Shown: one piece after another, positions 30,001 through 45,000 of the stretch
How positions within the stretch are numbered: the stretch's first letter is position 1
How the letters are laid out: every line of letters starts with the position of its first letter
Source of the DNA: Eledone cirrhosa
Lineage: Eukaryota
Direction: 5' to 3'
NCBI GenBank assembly: GCA_964016885.1
Contig: OZ024741.1
Location: forward strand, 257,672,001 to 257,736,000
DNA: 64,000 nt
The notes under the pieces: model-generated
What the model saw: only the letters and a program-made list of their open reading frames with translations
Databases searched by the model: none
What the model was told of the DNA's origin: nothing
Program-made: the position numbers and the translations under genes

Positions 30001-33000
30001 CTCTGACAACACCATTCTCGACCTCACCGAGGAAGTCTACCTTGCCTCTGTCAAAACCATCCTCTACCACACCGAGGAAGTCTACCTTGCCTCTGTCAAC
30101 ACCATCCTCTACCCCACCGAGGAAGTCTACCTTGCCTCTGACAACACCATCCACTACCCCACCGAGGAAGTCTACTTTGCCTCTGTCAACACCATCCTCT
30201 ACCCCACCGAGGAAGTCTACCTTGCCTCTGTCAACACCATCCTCTACCCCACCGAGGAAGTCTACCTTGCCTCTGTCAACACCATCCTCTACCTCACCGA
30301 GGATGTCTACTTTGCCTCTGGTGACACCATCCTCTACCTCACCGAAGAAGACTACCTTGCCTCTGTCAACACCTTCCTCTACCCCCACCTAGGAAGTCTA
30401 CCTTGCCTCTGGTTAAACCATCCTCTACCCCAACGAGGAAGTCTACCTTGCCTCTGATGACACCATCCTCTACCCCACTGAGGAAGTCAACCTTGCCTCT
30501 GATGACACCATCCTCTACCCCACCGAGGAAGTCAACCTTGCCTCTGTCAACACCATCCTCTACCCCACCGAGGAAGTCTACCTTGCCTTTGACATCACCA
30601 TCCTCTACCCCACCTAGGAAGTCTACCTTGCCTCTGACATCACCATCCTCTACAACACCGAGGAAGTCTACCTTGCCTCTGACAACACCATCCTCTACCC
30701 CACCGAGGAAGTCTACCTTGCCTCTGTCAACACCATCCTCTACCCCACCGAGGAAGTCTACCTTGCCTCTGACATCACCATCCTCTACCCCACCGAGGAA
30801 GTCTACCTTGCCTCTGACATCACCATCCTCTACCCCACCGAGGAAGTCTACCTTGCCTCTGACAACACCATCCTCTACCCCACTGAGGAAGTCTACCTTG
30901 CCTCTGGTGACACGATCCTCTACCTCACCGAGGAAGACTAAATTGCCTGTGACAACACCATCCTCTACCCCACCGAGGAAGTCTACCTGGCCTCTGACAA
31001 CACCATCCTCTATCCCACCTAGGAAGTCTACCTTGCCTCTGGTGACACATCCTCTACACCACCGAGGAAGTCTAACTTGCCTCTGTCAACACCATCCTCT
31101 ACATCACCGAGGAAGTCTACCTTGCCTCTGACAACACCATCCTCTACCCCACCGAGGAAGCCTACCTTGCTCTTGTCAACACCATCCTCTACCCCGCCAA
31201 GGAAGTCTACCTTGCCTCTGGTGAAAACATCCTCTACCCCACCGAGGAAGTCTACCTTGCCTCTGTCAACACCATCCTCTATCCCGCCAAGGAAGTCTAC
31301 CTTGCCTCTGGTGAAAACATCCTCTACCCCACCGAGGAAGCCTACCTTGCCTCTGTCAACACCATCCTCTACCCCGCCAAGGAAGTCTACCTTGCCTCTG
31401 GTGAAAACATCCTCTACCCCACCGAGGAAGTCTACCTTGCCTCAGTCAACACCATCTTCTACCCCACCAAGGAAGTCTACCTTGCCTCTGGTTAAAACAT
31501 CCTCTACCCCAACGAGGAAGTCTACCTTGCCTCTGACAACACCATCCTCTACCCCACCGAGGAAGTCTACCTTGCCTCTGTCAACACCTACCTCTACCTC
31601 ACCGAGGAAGTCTAACTTGCCTGTGATAACACCATCCTCTACCCCACCGAGGAAGTCTACCTTGCCTCTGACAACACCATCCTCTACCCCACCGAGGAAG
31701 TCTACCTAGCCTCTGTCAACACGATCTTCTACCCCACCGAGGAAGTCTACCCTGCCTCTGACAACACCATCCTCTACCTTACCGAAGAAGTTACCTTGCC
31801 TCTGTCTACTCCATCCTCTACCCCACAGAGGAAGTCTACCTTGCCTCAATCAAAACCATCCTCTACCCAACCGAGGAAGTCTACCTTGCTTCTAACAACA
31901 CCATTCTCGACCTCACCGAGGAAGTCTACCTTGCCTCTGACAACACCATCCTCTACCCAACCGAGGAAGTCTACCTTGCCTCTAACAACACCATTCTCGA
32001 CCTCACCGAGGAAGTCTACCTTGCCTCTGTCAAAACCATCCTCTACCACACCGAGGAAGTCTACCTTGCCTCTGTCAACACCATCCTCTACCCCACCGAG
32101 GAAGTCTACCTTGCCTCTGACAACACCATCCACTACCCCACCGAGGAAGTCTACTTTGCCTCTGTCAACACCATCCTCTACCCCACCGAGGAAGTCTACC
32201 TTGCCTCTGTCAACACCATCCTCTACCCCACCGAGGAAGTCTACCTTGCCTCTGTCAACACCATCCTCTACCTCACCGAGGAAGTCTACTTTGCCTCTGG
32301 TGACACCATCCTCTACCTCACCGAAGAAGACTACCTTGCCTCTGTCAACACCTTCCTCTACCCCCACCTAGGAAGTCTACCTTGCCTCTGGTTAAACCAT
32401 CCTCTACCCCAACGAGGAAGTCTACCTTGCCTCTGATGACACCATCCTCTACCCCACCGAGGAAGTCTACCTTGCCTCTGTCAACACCATCCTCTACCCC
32501 ACCGAGGAAGTCTACCTTGCCTCTGACATCACCAACCTCTACCCCACCGAGGAAGTCTACCTTGCCTCTGACATCACCATCCTCTACCCCACCGAGGAAG
32601 TCTACCTTGCCTCTGACAACACCATCCTCTACCCCACTGAGGAAGTCTACCTTGCCTCTGGTGATACGATCCTCTACCTCACCGAGGAAGACTAAATTGC
32701 CTGTGACAACACCATCCTCTACCCCACCGAGGAAGTCTACCTGGCCTCTGTCAACACCATCCTCTACCTCACCGAGGAAGTCTACCTTGCCTCTGACAAC
32801 ACCATCCTCTACCCCACCGAGGAAGTCTACCTTGCCTCTGGTGAAAACATCCTCTACCACACCGAGGAAGTCTACCTTGCCTCTGTCAACACCATCCTCT
32901 ACCCCACCGAGGAAGTCTACCTTGCCTCTGTCAACACCATCCTCTACCTCACCGAGGAAGTCTACCTAGCCTCTGACAACACCATCCTCTACCCCACCGA

Positions 33001-36000
33001 GGAAGTCTACCTTGCCTCTGACAACACCATACTCTACCCCACCGAGGAAGTCTACCTTGCCTCTGTCAACACCATCCTCTATCTCACCGAGGAAGTCTAC
33101 CATGCCTCTGACAACACCATCCTCTAACCCACTGAGGAAGTCTACCTTGCCTCAGACAACACCATCCTGTACCTCACCGAGGAAGTCTACCTTGCCTCTG
33201 TCAACACCATCCTCTACCCCACCGAGGAAGTCTACCTTGCCTCTGACAACACCATCCTCTACCCCACCGAGAAAGTCTACCTTGCCTCTGTCAACACCAT
33301 CCTCTACCTCACCGAGGAAGTCTAGCTTGCCTCTGTCAACACCATCCTCTACCTCACCAAGGAAGTCTACTTTGACTCTGGTGACACCATCCTCTACCCT
33401 GCCGAGGAAGTCTACCTTGCCTCTGGTGAAAACATCCTCTACCACACCGAGGAAGTCTACCTTGCCTCTGTCAACACCATCCTCTACCCCACCGAGGAAG
33501 TCTACCTTGCCTCTGTCAACACCATCCTCTACCCCACCGAGGAAGTCTACCTTGCCTCTGACAACACCATACTCTACCCCACCGAGGAAGTCTACCTTGC
33601 CTCTGTCAACACCATCCTCTACCCAACCGAGGAAGTCTACCTTGCCTCTGTCAACACCATCCTCTACCTCACCGAGGAAGTCTACCTTGCCTCTGTCAAC
33701 ACCATCCTCTACCCCACCGAGGAAGTCTACCTTGCCTCTGTCAACACGATCCTCTACCCCACCGAGGAAGTCTACCTTGCCTCTGTCAACACCATCCTCT
33801 ACCCCACCGAGGAAGTCTACCTTGGCTCTGTCAACACCATCCTCTACCCCACCGAGGAAGTCTACCTTGCCTCTGTCAACACGATCCTCTACCCCACCGA
33901 GGAAGTCTACCTTGCCTCTGTCAACACCATCCTCTACCCCACCGAGGAAGTCTACCTTGCCTCTGTCAACACCATCCTCTACCTCACCGAGGAAGTCTAC
34001 CTAGCCTCTGACAACACCATCCTCTACCCCACCGAGGAAGTCTACCTTGCCTCTGACAACACCATACTCTAACTCACCGAGGAAGTCTACCTTGCCTCTG
34101 ACATCACCATCCTCTACCCCACCGAGGAAGTCTACCTTGCCTCTGTCAACACCATCCTCTACCTCACCGAGGAAGTCTACCTAGCCTCTGACAACACCAT
34201 CCTCTAGCCCACCGAGGAAGTCTACCTTGCCTCTGACAACACCATACTCTACCCCGCCGAGGAATTCTACCTTGCCTCAGTCAACACCATCCTCTACCCC
34301 ACCGAGGAAGTCAACCTTGCCTCTGTCAACACCATCCTCTACCCCACCGAGGAAGTCTACCTTGCCTCTGACATCACCATCCTCTACCCCACCGAGGAAG
34401 TCTACCTTGCCTCTGGTTAAACCATCCTCTACCCCAACGAGGAAGTCTACCTTGCCTCTGTCAACACCATCCTCTACCCCACCGAGGAAGTCTACATTGC
34501 CTCTGACAACACCATCCTCTACCTCACCGAGGAAGTCTACCTTGCCTCTGTCAACACCATCCTCTACCTTACCGAAGAAGTTACCTTGCCTCTGTCAACA
34601 CCATCTTCTACCCCACCGAGGAAGTCTACCTTGCCTCAATCAAAACCATCCTCTACCCCACCGAGGAAGTCTACTTTGCCTCTGACAACACCATTCTCGA
34701 CCTCACCGAGGAAGTCTACCTTGCCTCTGTCAAAACCATCCTCTACCACACCGAGGAAGTCTACCTTGCCTCTGTCAACACCATCCTCTACCCCACCGAG
34801 GAAGTCTACCTTGCCTCTGACAACACCATCCACTACCCCACCGAGGAAGTCTACTTTGCCTCTGTCAACACCATCCTCTACCCCACCGAGGAAGTCTACC
34901 TTGCCTCTGTCAACACCATCCTCTACCCCACCGAGGAAGTCTACCTTGCCTCTGTCAACACCATCCTCTACCTCACCGAGGATGTCTACTTTGCCTCTGG
35001 TGACACCATCCTCTACCTCACCGAAGAAGACTACCTTGCCTCTGTCAACACCTTCCTCTACCCCCACCTAGGAAGTCTACCTTGCCTCTGGTTAAACCAT
35101 CCTCTACCCCAACGAGGAAGTCTACCTTGCCTCTGATGACACCATCCTCTACCCCACTGAGGAAGTCAACCTTGCCTCTGATGACACCATCCTCTACCCC
35201 ACCGAGGAAGTCAACCTTGCCTCTGTCAACACCATCCTCTACCCCACCGAGGAAGTCTACCTTGCCTTTGACATCACCATCCTCTACCCCACCTAGGAAG
35301 TCTACCTTGCCTCTGACATCACCATCCTCTACAACACCGAGGAAGTCTACCTTGCCTCTGACAACACCATCCTCTACCCCACCGAGGAAGTCTACCTTGC
35401 CTCTGTCAACACCATCCTCTACCCCACCGAGGAAGTCTACCTTGCCTCTGACATCACCATCCTCTACCCCACCGAGGAAGTCTACCTTGCCTCTGACATC
35501 ACCATCCTCTACCCCACCGAGGAAGTCTACCTTGCCTCTGACAACACCATCCTCTACCCCACTGAGGAAGTCTACCTTGCCTCTGGTGACACGATCCTCT
35601 ACCTCACCGAGGAAGACTAAATTGCCTGTGACAACACCATCCTCTACCCCACCGAGGAAGTCTACCTGGCCTCTGACAACACCATCCTCTATCCCACCGA
35701 GGAAGTCTACCTTGCCTCTGGTGACACATCCTCTACCCCACCGAGGAAGTCTAACTTGCCTCTGTCAACACCATCCTCTACATCACCGAGGAAGTCTACC
35801 TTGCCTCTGACAACACCATCCTCTACCCCACCGAGGAAGCCTACCTTGCTCTTGTCAACACCATCCTCTATCCCGCCAAGGAAGTCTACCTTGCCTCTGG
35901 TGAAAACATCCTCTACCCCACCGAGGAAGCCTACCTTGCCTCTGTCAACACCATCCTCTACCCCGCCAAGGAAGTCTACCTTGCCTCTGGTGAAAACATC

Positions 36001-39000
36001 CTCTACCCCACCGAGGAAGTCTACCTTGCCTAAGTCAACACCATCTTCTACCCCACCAAGGAAGTCTACCTTGCCTCTGGTTAAAACATCCTCTACCCCA
36101 ACGAGGAAGTCTACCTTGCCTCTGATGACACCATCCTCTACCCCACCGAGAAAGTCAACCTTGCCTCTGATGACACCATCCTCTACCCCACCGTGGAAGT
36201 CAACCTTGCCTCTGTCAACACCATCCTCTACTCCACCGAGGAAGTCTACCTTGCCTCTGGTTAAACCATCCTCTACCCCAACGAGGAAGTCTAACTTGCC
36301 TCTGACAACACCATCCTTTACCCCACCAAGAAGTCTACTTTGCCTCTATTGACACCATCCTCTACCCCACCGAGGAAGTCTACCTTGCCTCTGACATCAC
36401 CATCCTTTACCCCACCAAGAAGTCTACTTTGCCTCTATTGACACCATCCTCTACCCCACCGAGGAAGTCTACCTTGCCTCTGACATCACCATCCTCTACC
36501 CCACCGAGGAAGTCTACCTTGCCTCTGACATCACCATCCTCTACCCCACCGAAGAAGTCTACCTTGCCTCTGACAACACCATCCTCTACCCCACCGAGGA
36601 AGTCTACCTTGCCTCTGACAACACCATCCTCTACCCCACCGAGGAAGTCTACCTTGCCTCTGTCAACACCTACCTCTACCTCACCGAGGAAGTCTAACTT
36701 GCCTGTGATAACACCATCCTCTACCCCACCGAGGAAGTCTACCTTGCCTCTGACAACACCATCCTCTACCCCACCGAGGAAGTCTACCTAGCCTCTGTCA
36801 ACACGATCTTCTACCCCACCGAGGAAGTCTACCCTGCCTCTGACAACACCATCCTCTACCTTACCGAAGAAGTTACCTTGCCTCTGTCTACTCCATCCTC
36901 TACCCCACAGAGGAAGTCTACCTTGCCTCAATCAAAACCATCCTCTACCCAACCGAGGAAGTCTACCTTGCTTCTAACAACACCATTCTCGACCTCACCG
37001 AGGAAGTCTACCTTGCCTCTGACAACACCATCCTCTACCCAACCGAGGAAGTCTACCTTGCCTCTAACAACACCATTCTCGACCTCACCGAGGAAGTCTA
37101 CCTTGCCTCTGACAACACCTACCTCTACCTCACCGAGGAAGTCTAACTTGACTGTGATAACACCATCCTCTACCCCACCGAGGAAGCCTACCTTGCCTCT
37201 ATCAACACCATCCTCTACCCTGCCGAGGAAGTCTACCTTGCCTCTGGTGAAAACATCCTCTACCCCACCGAGGAAGTCTACCATGCCTCTGACAACACCA
37301 TCCTCTACCCCACCGAGGAAGTCTACATTGCCTCTGTCAACACCTACCTCTACCTCACCGAGGAAGTCTAACTTGCCTGTGATAACACCATCCTCTACCC
37401 TACCGAGGAAGCCTACCTTGCCTCTATCAACACCATCCTCTACCCCACCGAGGAAGTCTACCTTGTCTCTGTCAACACCTTCCTCTATCCCACCGAGGAT
37501 GTCAACCTTGCCTCTGTCAACACCATCCTCTACCCCACCGAGGAAGTCTACCTTGCCTCTGACAACACCATCCTCTACCCCACTCAGGATGTCTACCTTG
37601 CCTGGGTAACACCATCCTCTATCACACCCACGAAGTCTACCTTGCCTCTGACAACACCATCCTCTACCCCACCGAGGAAGTCTACCTAGCCTCTGTCAAC
37701 ACGATCTTCTACCCACCGAGGAAGTCTACCTTGCCTCTGACAACACCATCCTCTACCTTACCGAAGAAGTTACCTTGCCTCTGTCTACACCATACTCTAC
37801 CTCACCGAGGAAGTCTACCTTGCCTCAGTCAACACCATCCTCTACCCCACCGAGGAAGTCTACATTGCCTCTGACAACACCATCCTCTACCTCACCGAGG
37901 AAGTCTACCTTGCCTCTGTCAACACCATCCTACCCCACCGAGGAAGTCTAACTTGCCTCTGTCAACACCATCCTCTACCCCGCCGAGGAAGTCTACCTTG
38001 CCTCTGTCAACACCATCCTCTACTCCACCGAGGAAATCTACCTTGCCTCTGGTTAAACCATCCTCTACCCCAACGAGGAAGTCTAAGTTGCCTCTGACAA
38101 CACCCTCCTTTACCCCACCAAGGAAGTCTACTTTGCCTCTATTGACACCATCCTCTACCCCACCGAGGAAGTTTACCTTGCCTCTGACATCACCATCCTC
38201 TACCCCACCGAGGAAGTCTACCTTGCCTCTGACATCACCATCCTCTACCCCACCGAAGAAGTCTACCTTGCCTCTGACAACACCATCCTCTATCCCACCG
38301 AGGAAGTCTACCTTGCCTCTGACAACACCATCCTCTATCCCACCGAGGAAGTCTACCTTGCCTCTGACAACACCATCCTCTACCCCACCGAGGAAGTCTA
38401 CCTTGCCTCTGACAACACCATCCTCCACCCCACCGAGGAAGTCTACCTAGCCTCTGTCAACACGATCTTCTACCCCACCGAGGAAGTCTACATTGCCTCT
38501 GACAACACCATCCTCTACACCACCGAGGAAGTCTACCTTGCCTCTAACAACACCATCCTCTACCCCACCGAGGATGTCAACCTTGCCTCTGTCAACACCA
38601 TCCTCTACCCCACCGAGGAAGTCTACCTTGCCTCGGTCAACACCATCCTCTAGCCCACCGAGGAAGTCTACCTTGCATCTGGTGTCACCATCCTCTACCT
38701 CACCGAGGAAGTCTACCTTGCCTCTGTCAACACCATCCTCTACCCCACCGAGGAAGTCTACCTTGCCTCTGTCAACACGATCCTCTACCTCTCCGACGAA
38801 GTCTACCTTGCCTCTGTCAACACCATCCTCTACCCCACCGAGGAAGTCTACCTTGCCTCTGATGACACCATCCTCTACCCCACCGAGGATGTCGACCTTG
38901 CCTCACTCAACACCATCCTCTACCCCACCGAGGTAGTCTACCTTGCTTCTGTCAACACTATCCTCTACCCCACCGAGGAAGTCTACCTTGCCTCTGATGA

Positions 39001-42000
39001 CACCATCCTCTACCCCACCGAGGAAGTCTACCTTGCCTCTGACAACACCATCCTCTACCCCACCTAGGAAGTCTACCTTGTGTCTGTCAACACCATCCTC
39101 TACCCCACCGAGGAAGTCTAACTTGCCTCTGGTGACACCATCCTCTACCCAACCAATGAAGTCTACCTTGCTTCTGTCAACACCATCATCTACCCCACCT
39201 ATGAAGTCTACCTTGCCTCTGACAACACCATCCTCTACCCCACCAAGGAAGTCTACTTTGCCTATGTCAACAACATCCTCTACCCCACCGAGGAACTCTA
39301 ACTTGCCTCTGATGACATCATCCTCTACCCCACCGAAGAAGTCTACCTTGCCTCTTTTAAACCCATCCTCTACCCCGCCATGGAAGTCTACTTTGCCTCT
39401 CACAACACCATCCTCTACCCACCGAGGAATCTACCTTGCCTCTGACAACACCATCCTCTACCCCACCGAGGAAGTCTAACTTGCCTCTGGTGACACCATC
39501 CTCTACCCCACCGAGGAAGTCTACCTTGCCTCTGTCAACACCTTCCTCTACCCCACGGAGGAAGTCTAGCTTGCCTCTCTCATCATCATCCTCTACCCCA
39601 CCGAGGAAGTCTAACTTGCCTCTTGTGATACCATTCTCTACCCCACCGAGGAAGTTTACCTTGCCACTGGTGACACCATCCTCTACCCCAACTAGGAAGT
39701 CTACCTTGCTTCTGTCAACACCATCCTCTACCCCACCGAGGAAGTCTACCTTGCCTCTGATGACACCATCCTCTACCCCACCGAGGAAGTCTACCTTGCC
39801 TCTGGTGACACCACCCTCTACCCCACCGAGGAAGTCTAGCTTGCCTCTGATGACACCATCCTCTACCCCATGAGGAAGTCTACCTTGCCTCTGTCAACAC
39901 TATCCTCTACCAGACCGAGGAAGTCTACCTTGCCTCTGATGACACCATCCTCTACCCCACCGAGGAAGTCTACCTTGCCTCTCTTAACACCATCCTCTAC
40001 ACCACCAAGGAAGTCTACCTTGCTTCTTTCAACACCATCCTCTACCCCATCGAGGAAGTCTACCTTGCCTCTGGTGAAACCATCCTCTACCCAACCAATG
40101 AAGTCTACCTTGCTTCTGTCAACACCATCATCTACCCCACCTATGAAGTCTACCTTGCCTCTGACAACACCATCCTCTACCCCACCAAGGAAGTCTACTT
40201 TGCCTATGTCAACAACATCCTCTACCCCACCGAGGAACTCTAACTTGCCTCTGATGACATCATCCTCTACCCCACCAAGGAAGTCTACTTTGCCTATGTC
40301 AACAACATCCTCTACCCCACCGAAGAAGTCTACCTTGCCTCTTTTAAACCCATCCTCTACCCCGCCATGGAAGTCTACTTTGCCTCTCACAACACCATCC
40401 TCTACCCACCGAGGAATCTACCTTGCCTCTGACAACACCATCCTCTACCCCACCGAGGAAGTCTACATTGCCTCTGTCAACACCTACCTCTACCTCACCG
40501 AGGAAGTGTAACTTGCCTGTGATAACACCATCCTCTACCCTACCGAGGAAGCCTACCTTGCCTCTATCAACACCATCCTCTACCCCACCGACGAAGTCTA
40601 CCTTGTCTCTGTCAACACCTTCCTCTATCCCACCGAGGATGTCAACCTTGCCTCTGTCAACACCATCCTCTACCCCACCGAGGAAGTCTACCTTGCCTCT
40701 GACAACACCATCCTCTACCCCACCCAGGATGTTTACCTTGCCTCTGTAACACCATCCTCTATCCCACCCACGAAGTCTACCTTGCCTCCAACAACACCAT
40801 CCTCTACCCCACCGAGGATGTCAACCTAGCCTCTGTCAACACCATCCTCTACCCCACCGAGGAAGTCTACCTTGCCTCTGACAACACCATCCTCTACCCC
40901 ACCGATGAAGTCTACCTTGCCTCTGTTAACACCATCCTCTACCCCACCGAGGAAGTCTACCTTGCCTCTAACAACACCATCCTCTACCCCACCGAGGATG
41001 TCAACCTTGCCTCTGTCAACACCATCCTCTACCCCACCGAGGAAGTCTATCTTGCCTCTGACAATACCATCCTCTACCCAACCGAGGAAGTCTACCTTGT
41101 CTCTGTCAACACCATCCACTACCCCATCGAGGAAGTCTACCTTGCCTCGGTCAACACCATCCTCTACCCCACCGAGGAAGTCTACCTTGCCTCGGTCAAC
41201 ACCATCCTCTACCCCACCGAGGAAGTCTACCTTGCCTCTGGTGTCACCATCCTCTACCTCAACGAGGAAGTCTACCTTGCCTCTGTCAACACCATCCTCT
41301 ACCCCACCGAGGAAGTCTACCTTGCCTCTGTCAACACGATCCTCTACCTCACCGAGGTAGTCTACCTTGCCTCTGGTGACACCATCCTCTACCCCACCGA
41401 GGAAGTCTACCTTGCCTCTGTCAACACCATCCTCTACCCCACCGAGGAAGTCTACCTTGCCTCTGTCAACACGATCCTCTACCTCACCGAGGTAGTCTAA
41501 CTTGCCTCTGTCAACACCATCCTCTACATCACCGAGGAAGTCTACCTTGCCTCTGACAACACCATCCTCTACCCCACCGAGGAAGCCTACCTTGCTTCTG
41601 TCAACACCATCCTCTACCCCGCCAAGGAAGTCTACCTTGCCTCTGGTGAAAACATCCTCTACCCCACCGAGGAAGTCTACCTTGCCTCTGTCAACACCAT
41701 CCTCTATCCCGCCAAGGAAGTCTACCTTGCCTCTGGTGAAAACATCCTCTACCCCACCGAGGAAGCCTACCTTGCCTCTGTCAACACCATCCTCTACCCC
41801 GCCAAGGAAGTCTACCTTGCCTCTGGTGAAAACATCCTCTACCCCACCGAGGAAGTCTACCTTGCCTCAGTCAACACCATCTTCTACCCCACCAAGGAAG
41901 TCTACCTTGCCTCTGGTTAAAACATCCTCTACCCCAACGAGGAAGTCTACCTTGCCTCTGATGACACCATCCTCTACCCCACCGAGAAAGTCAACCTTGC

Positions 42001-45000
42001 CTCTGATGACACCATCCTCTACCCCACCGTGGAAGTCAACCTTGCCTCTGTCAACACCATCCTCTACTCCACCGAGGAAGTCTACCTTGCCTCTGGTTAA
42101 ACCATCCTCTACCCCAACGAGGAAGTCTAACTTGCCTCTGACAACACCATCCTTTACCCCACCAAGAAGTCTACTTTGCCTCTATTGACACCATCCTCTA
42201 CCCCACCGAGGAAGTCTACCTTGCCTCTGACATCACCATCCTCTACCCCACCGAGGAAGTCTACCTTGCCTCTGACATCACCATCCTCTACCCCACCGAA
42301 GAAGTCTACCTTGCCTCTGACAACACCATCCTCTACCCCACCGAGGAAGTCTACCTTGCCTCTGACAACACCATCCTCTACCCCACCGAGGAAGTCTACC
42401 TTGCCTCTGTCAACACCTACCTCTACCTCACCGAGGAAGTCTAACTTGCCTGTGATAACACCATCCTCTACCCCACCGAGGAAGTCTACCTTGCCTCTGA
42501 CAACACCATCCTCTACCCCACCGAGGAAGTCTACCTAGCCTCTGTCAACACGATCTTCTACCCCACCGAGGAAGTCTACCCTGCCTCTGACAACACCATC
42601 CTCTACCTTACCGAAGAAGTTACCTTGCCTCTGTCTACACCATCTTCTACCCCACAGAGGAAGTCTACCTTGCCTCAATCAAAACCATCCTCTACCCAAC
42701 CGAGGAAGTCTACCTTGCCTCTAACAACACCATTCTCGACCTCACCGAGGAAGTCTACCTTGCCTCTGACAACACCATCCTCTACCCAACCGAGGAAGTC
42801 TACCTTGCCTCTAACAACACCATTCTCGACCTCACCGAGGAAGTCTACCTTGCCTCTGACAACACCTACCTCTACCTCACCGAGGAAGTCTAACTTGACT
42901 GTGATAACACCATCCTCTACCCCACCGAGGAAGCCTACCTTGCCTCTATCAACACCATCCTCTACCCTGCCGAGAAAGTCTACCTTGCCTCTGGTGAAAA
43001 CATCCTCTACCCCACCGAGGAAGTCTACCATGCCTCTGACAACACCATCCTCTACCCCACCGAGGAAGTCTACATTGCCTCTGTCAACACCTACCTCTAC
43101 CTCACCGAGGAAGTCTAACTTGCCTGTGATAACACCATCCTCTACCCTACCGAGGAAGCCTACCTTGCCTCTATCAACACCATCCTCTACCCCACCGAGG
43201 AAGTCTACCTTGTCTCTGTCAACACCTTCCTCTATCCCACCGAGGATGTCAACCTTGCCTCTGTCAACACCATCCTCTACCCCACCGAGGAAGTCTACCT
43301 TGCCTCTGACAACACCATCCTCTACCCCACTCAGGATGTCTACCTTGCCTGGGTAACACCATCCTCTATCACACCCACGAAGTCTACCTTGCCTCTGACA
43401 ACACCATCCTCTACCCCACCGAGGAAGTCTACCTAGCCTCTGTCAACACGATCTTCTACCCACCGAGGAAGTCTACCTTGCCTCTGACAACACCATCCTC
43501 TACCTTACCGAAGAAGTTACCTTGCCTCTGTCTACACCATACTCTACCTCACCGAGGAAGTCTACATTGCCTCTGACAACACCATCCTCTACCTCACCGA
43601 GGAAGTCTACCTTGCCTCTGTCAACACCATCCTCTACCCCACCGAGGAAGTCTAACTTGCCTCTGTCAACACCATCCTCTACCCCGCCGAGGAAGTCTAC
43701 CTTGCCTCTGTCAACACCATCCTCTACTCCACCGAGGAAATCTACCTTGCCTCTGGTTAAACCATCCTCTACCCCAACGAGGAAGTCTAAGTTGCCTCTG
43801 ACAACACCCTCCTTTACCCCACCAAGGAAGTCTACTTTGCCTCTATTGACACCATCCTCTACCCCACCGAGGAAGTTTACCTTGCCTCTGACATCACCAT
43901 CCTCTACCCCACCGAGGAAGTCTACCTTGCCTCTGACATCACCATCCTCTACCCCACCGAAGAAGTCTACCTTGCCTCTGACAACACCATCCTCTATCCC
44001 ACCGAGGAAGTCTACCTTGCCTCTGACAACACCATCCTCTATCCCACCGAGGAAGTCTACCTTGCCTCTGACAACACCATCCTCTACCCCACCGAGGAAG
44101 TCTACCTTGCCTCTGACAACACCATCCTCCACCCCACCGAGGAAGTCTACCTAGCCTCTGTCAACACGATCTTCTACCCCACCGAGGAAGTCTACATTGC
44201 CTCTGACAACACCATCCTCTACACCACCGAGGAAGTCTACCTTGCCTCTAACAACACCATCCTCTACCCCACCGAGGAAGTCTATCTTGCCTCTGACAAT
44301 ACCATCCTCTACCCAACCGAGGAAGTCTACCTTGCCTCTGGTGACACCATCCTCTACCCCACCGAGGATGTCTACCTTGCCTCTGTCAACACCATCCTCT
44401 ACCCCACCGAGGAAGTCTACCTTGCCTCGGTCAACACCATCCTCTAGCCCACCGAGGAAGTCTACCTTGCCTCTGGTGTCACCATCCTCTACCTCACCGA
44501 GGAAGTCTACCTTGCCTCTGTCAACACCATCCTCTACCCCACCGAGGAAGTCTACCTTGCCTCTGTCAACACGATCCTCTACCTCTCCGACGAAGTCTAC
44601 CTTGCCTCTGTCAACACCATCCTCTACCCCACCGAGGAAGTCTACCTTGCCTCTGATGACACCATCCTCTACCCCACCGAGGATGTCGACCTTGCCTCAC
44701 TCAACACCATCCTCTACCCCACCGAGGTAGTCTACCTTGCTTCTGTCAACACTATCCTCTACCCCACCGAGGAAGTCTACCTTGCCTCTGATGACACCAT
44801 CCTCTACCCCACCGAGGAAGTCTACCTTGCCTCTGACAACACCATCCTCTACCCCACCTAGGAAGTCTACCTTGTGTCTGTCAACACCATCCTCTACCCC
44901 ACCGAGGAAGTCTAACTTGCCTCTGGTGACACCATCCTCTACCCAACCAATGAAGTCTACCTTGCTTCTGTCAACACCATCATCTACCCCACCTATGAAG

